From an uncultured delta proteobacterium (GTDB lineage Bacteria; Desulfobacterota; Binatia; UBA9968): a stretch of 20,046 nucleotides of DNA. The notes below the pieces were generated by a model. The model did not search any database, was not told the origin of the DNA, and was given only the letters and a program-made list of their open reading frames with translations. Where the stretch lies: the NCBI GenBank assembly GCA_963745835.1, contig CAVUZH010000012.1, positions 1 to 20,046 on the forward strand. Direction: 5' to 3'. How positions within the stretch are numbered: the first letter of the stretch is position 1; the number at the start of each line of letters is the position of its first letter. Of this stretch, positions 16,862 to 20,046 are shown piece after piece. The position numbers and the translations under genes are program-made.

Positions 16862-16982
16862 AGGCTGCTCAGAAAGATCTCAGAGGCGAGGCGCGCGAAG
16901 TTCGGCGAGCGGGGGCGTACGTTTTAGTACGTTGGAGCGAGCCGGGAAAGCGCAACGGAGCAAATGAGGCTTTCAGCAGCCT
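16862..16982 (+). mobile_element. ~121-bp MITE-like structured repeat, copy 3
   Basis: AGGCTGCTCAGAAAG...CTTTCAGCAGCCT with central GCGTAC-GTTTTA-GTACGT. Confidence 0.78.
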
Positions 16983-16997
16983 TACCAGGCTGATGGG

Positions 16998-17684
16998 ATG
17001 CCCATTTTTCGACTTGTCGACGAACCGATTTTCCCGCCGCCCGATTATGCCGATCCTAGCGGGCTCCTCGCGGTTGGCGGCGATTTATCGAGTGAGAGGC
17101 TGCTGGAGGCTTATCGGCTGGGCATTTTTCCATGGTATTCCGACGATCAGCCGATTCTCTGGTGGTCGCCGGACCCGCGCTTTGTACTGCAGCTGGAAGA
17201 ATTCCATATCTCAAGGAGCTTAAGAAAAACGCTGCGGCAGGGTCTTTTCCGGGTTACGATCGATCGGGCCTTCGACGAAGTCATCGCTGCTTGCGCTGCC
17301 GTGCCGCGGATCGGCCAGAGCGGCACTTGGATTACTCCGGAAATGAAGGAAGCTTATAGTAACCTCCACGGGCTCGGTTATGCGCATTCGGTGGAGACCT
17401 GGTTCGACGGCAAGCTGGCCGGCGGAATCTATGGCGTTTCTCTCGGCAAAGCATTCTTCGGCGAGTCTATGTTTCACCGCAAAACCAACGCCTCAAAGGT
17501 GGCGCTGGCCGCTTTGGTTGAAAAGCTGAAACGCTGGAGTTTTCATTTTCTTGATGCGCAGATGAGCACCGAGCACATGATGAGTTTGGGCGCGACAGAG
17601 GTTTCCCGACGCATTTTTTTGAAGCAGCTTCGTTTGGCGTTGGAGCATCCCACCAGACGCGGCAAATGGCGCATCGAAGACTAG
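16998..17684 (+). CDS. aat: Leucyl/phenylalanyl-tRNA--protein transferase
   Basis: GLLAVGGDLS, AYRLGIFPWY, WWSPDPR, GTWIT, AHSVETW, FFGESMF and ASKVAL motifs. Confidence 0.97.
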   Translation: MPIFRLVDEPIFPPPDYADPSGLLAVGGDLSSERLLEAYRLGIFPWYSDDQPILWWSPDPRFVLQLEEFHISRSLRKTLRQGLFRVTIDRAFDEVIAACAAVPRIGQSGTWITPEMKEAYSNLHGLGYAHSVETWFDGKLAGGIYGVSLGKAFFGESMFHRKTNASKVALAALVEKLKRWSFHFLDAQMSTEHMMSLGATEVSRRIFLKQLRLALEHPTRRGKWRIED

Positions 17685-17700
17685 CTGCGTGCTGAACAGG

Positions 17701-18237
17701 TCATTGACGTTGCTCCGGTGGCTCGAGCTTCTGAAGGACTGCCGAGAAAGATTTCTCTGAGGGAAATTCCACGATCAATAGGACCAGCGCCAGCGCCGAC
17801 AATAAATACTGGTCAAGCAAAAAGCGGCCCACCAACGCCATAATCATACCGTAGACCGCAATCGCTTCGATAATGGCAAAGAGCACGATCTTGCGGATGA
17901 CGTAAGTCGAAATCACCGCAGCGGCGCGCTCTTCATCGGCGCCTTTGTACTCTTCCAACGCACGCAGCCGTTTGCTCTTCTTGGCGTCGCGCTGCACTGC
18001 TTCCGGCGCCAGATAGCGCTTCCAATAAACGTAGTAGCCGAAATCAATTAGCGCGAGAAGCCAAAACACGGCTCTGGCAGCGGCAGCATAAGAAAACCCG
18101 CGCGCGAAATCGGGATTCGCCAGCAGGTGACGTGAGATGAAAAGGTAGATGGCGATGGATATTACAAAGAAACTCCAGATGATGACGGCCGCGCCGCGCT
18201 GGTCCAGCAATATTGTTTTGAATTCGGGACGAATCAT
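17701..18237 (-). CDS. Hypothetical membrane protein (about 4 TM)
   Basis: 178 aa with four hydrophobic segments and GAGGA upstream. TM3 reads FAIIEAIAVYGMIMAL. Confidence 0.75.
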   Translation of the reverse strand: MIRPEFKTILLDQRGAAVIIWSFFVISIAIYLFISRHLLANPDFARGFSYAAAARAVFWLLALIDFGYYVYWKRYLAPEAVQRDAKKSKRLRALEEYKGADEERAAAVISTYVIRKIVLFAIIEAIAVYGMIMALVGRFLLDQYLLSALALVLLIVEFPSEKSFSAVLQKLEPPEQRQ

Positions 18238-18460
18238 TCGGGTAATATCCTCGTGCGGGTCGATTTAGTTCTTCCTTCTAACTTGCCGCGAAGGTCCCGA
18301 CCCGCCTAATAGAGTACGCAGTTACATTATTCTTCCGCGCATTTCCTGTCCATGGAAAAGCTAGAGCCATGCAGCGGCCGAAGTCCAAACAGCGCGCGCG
18401 TCTTGTCGGATAAAAGCTGCGATGCTATAGCGGCAAAAGCGATTCTATACTGGAGGCGAA

Positions 18461-20046
18461 ATGGCTGAATTCGATATTGTCATTCATGGCGGGCAGATAA
18501 TCGACGGAACCGGCAACCCTTGGTTCTATGCCGATATCGGAATTAGAAATGGCAAGATTGCCGCCGTCGGCAAGATCAGTCCGGAGGCTGGCCAGCGGGC
18601 CGTCTCGGCTAAAGGCTTTGTTGTGAGTCCCGGCTACATCGACATGCACACCCATAGCGACCAGCCCGTCATCGCCGACGGCAATGCCGAAAGTAAAGTG
18701 CGCCAGGGAGTGACCCTCGATATCATCGGCGAGAGCCAGACAGTGGCGCCGCTTGAAGGCGCAGTGCTCGAAGAATATCGACTCGAGCACCGCCGGCGCA
18801 ATGGCATCGAGGCCGACTGGAAAACTTTCACCGATTACTTCAATAGGCTGATGAAGGACGGGACTTCGATCAATGTGGCTTCCGGCGTCTCGCCGCAGCA
18901 GGTTAAGCGGGTGGTATGCGGCTTTGAAGAACGCCCTGCCAGCGCCAGCGAGCAAGAGAAGATGAATCGCCTGGTGGCTCAAGCCATGGAGGAAGGCGCT
19001 CTCGGGCTCACCGCTGCATGGCATGCAAAAGGCCCTGAGAGTCCGGAAGAAGTTGTCGAGATGGCCAAAGTGGTCAAGCGCTACGGCGGCTACTACGGCG
19101 TTCACGTCGGCAGCGAAGGTTTCGATATGATGGAAGAGCTGGCGAAAACGCTGCGAATCGCCCGGGACTCCAAAATTCCAATCCATGTTTATCACTTAAA
19201 GATGCGAGCAAAGGCCAATTGGGGGCGCATTCGCCAGGTCATCGAACAACTCGAGGAGGCGCGCCGCGAAGGGCTGGAGATTACCGCGAATCAATACCCC
19301 TACACCGCCATGCAGCATCCCTGGCGCAGACTGTTTCCACGCTGGGTTCAGGATGCGCCGATTAATGAAACGATTTCACAGTTTAGAAGCGCAGTGTTTC
19401 GCGAGCGAGTCATGAACGATCCTGAGTTTGATCAATACGTCAACGAACATGGCGGCTGGGAAGGCATCGTTGCGGCGCGCTTGGACACCGAGCAGCTGAA
19501 GCATTTCGAAGGCAAAACCATCGCCGAGATCGCCAAAATCCGCGGACAGGATCCGGTGAGCACATGCTTCGACATGATCTACGAAGAGGGCGTGTTCATC
19601 CACGGCGTGCATCACACCATGTCGGAAGAGGACGTAAAGACGGTGATGCGGGTACCGTGGGTGTCGATCGGTTCCGACGGCAGCGCTTTGAATCTCAAGT
19701 TTCCCGGGAAGCCTCATCCGCGCAGCTTCGGCACCAACCCGAGAGTGCTGGGCAAGTACACGCGAGAGGAGAAAGTGCTCGGGCTCGAAGATGCTGTGCG
19801 CAAAATGACTTCTCTGCCGGCGCAAGTTCTCGGCTTGAAAGATCGAGGTTTGTTGCGCGAAGGTTATTGGGCCGATGTGGTCGTGTTCGATCCCGATCGG
19901 GTCGCCGACATGGCCACGTACGAAAATCCCAAGCAGTACCCGAAAGGCATCGATTACGTTTTGGTCAATGGCGCAATCGTCATTGACAACGGCCATCATA
20001 CCGGCGCGCGGCCCGGCAGGGTTGTGTACGGGCCGGGAAAACGGGA
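18461..20046 (+). CDS. N-acyl-D-amino-acid deacylase (D-aminoacylase)-family amidohydrolase; stop codon beyond the window
   Basis: Absent from the ORF track because it has no stop in the window. ATG 18461 follows GGAGG and reads MAEFDIVIHGGQIIDGTGNPWFYADIGIRNGKI..., PGYIDMHTHSD, IGSDG, PHPRSFGTNPRVLGKY, DRGLLREGYWADVVVFDP and HTGARPGRV. Confidence 0.93.
   Translation, partial: MAEFDIVIHGGQIIDGTGNPWFYADIGIRNGKIAAVGKISPEAGQRAVSAKGFVVSPGYIDMHTHSDQPVIADGNAESKVRQGVTLDIIGESQTVAPLEGAVLEEYRLEHRRRNGIEADWKTFTDYFNRLMKDGTSINVASGVSPQQVKRVVCGFEERPASASEQEKMNRLVAQAMEEGALGLTAAWHAKGPESPEEVVEMAKVVKRYGGYYGVHVGSEGFDMMEELAKTLRIARDSKIPIHVYHLKMRAKANWGRIRQVIEQLEEARREGLEITANQYPYTAMQHPWRRLFPRWVQDAPINETISQFRSAVFRERVMNDPEFDQYVNEHGGWEGIVAARLDTEQLKHFEGKTIAEIAKIRGQDPVSTCFDMIYEEGVFIHGVHHTMSEEDVKTVMRVPWVSIGSDGSALNLKFPGKPHPRSFGTNPRVLGKYTREEKVLGLEDAVRKMTSLPAQVLGLKDRGLLREGYWADVVVFDPDRVADMATYENPKQYPKGIDYVLVNGAIVIDNGHHTGARPGRVVYGPGKR

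Noticed and set aside
16998-17684. aat without neighbouring clpS/clpA as a novel arrangement
   Set aside because: aat location varies between genomes and its partners may lie elsewhere, so this is not informative alone.
18425-19999. Long minus-strand ORFs 18425..19195 and 19376..19999
   Set aside because: They are antisense shadows of the + strand amidohydrolase gene.

Overview
A moderately GC-rich bacterial chromosomal window with about 19 genes, mostly catabolic or accessory. The gene content and intergenic repeats suggest a Deltaproteobacteria/Ca. Binatia-like genome (inference only). From left to right: (1) a sigma54 module on the minus strand, with a GAF-PAS-AAA+-HTH activator, three palindromic enhancer sites and a -24/-12 promoter driving an AurF-like ferritin-fold diiron protein and a BBE-like FAD oxidase that carries four frameshifts; (2) an EamA transporter and a cupin; (3) a 68-aa protein with a eukaryote-style C2H2 zinc finger and its own sigma54 promoter; (4) two tandem ThDP-dependent E1 alpha/beta pairs with no E2/E3 nearby, the second with altered active-site motifs, divergent from an orphan SsuA/THI5-type binding protein and an LLM oxidoreductase; (5) Zn-ADH, an EEP-family protein, a small CPCC protein, a VOC protein, aat, a membrane protein and a D-aminoacylase-like gene that runs off the right end. 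Intergenic DNA holds three diverged copies of a ~125-bp structured MITE-like element with compensatory base changes, a REP-like palindrome cluster and a heptamer-repeat hairpin. No rRNA, tRNA, CRISPR array or transposase was seen.
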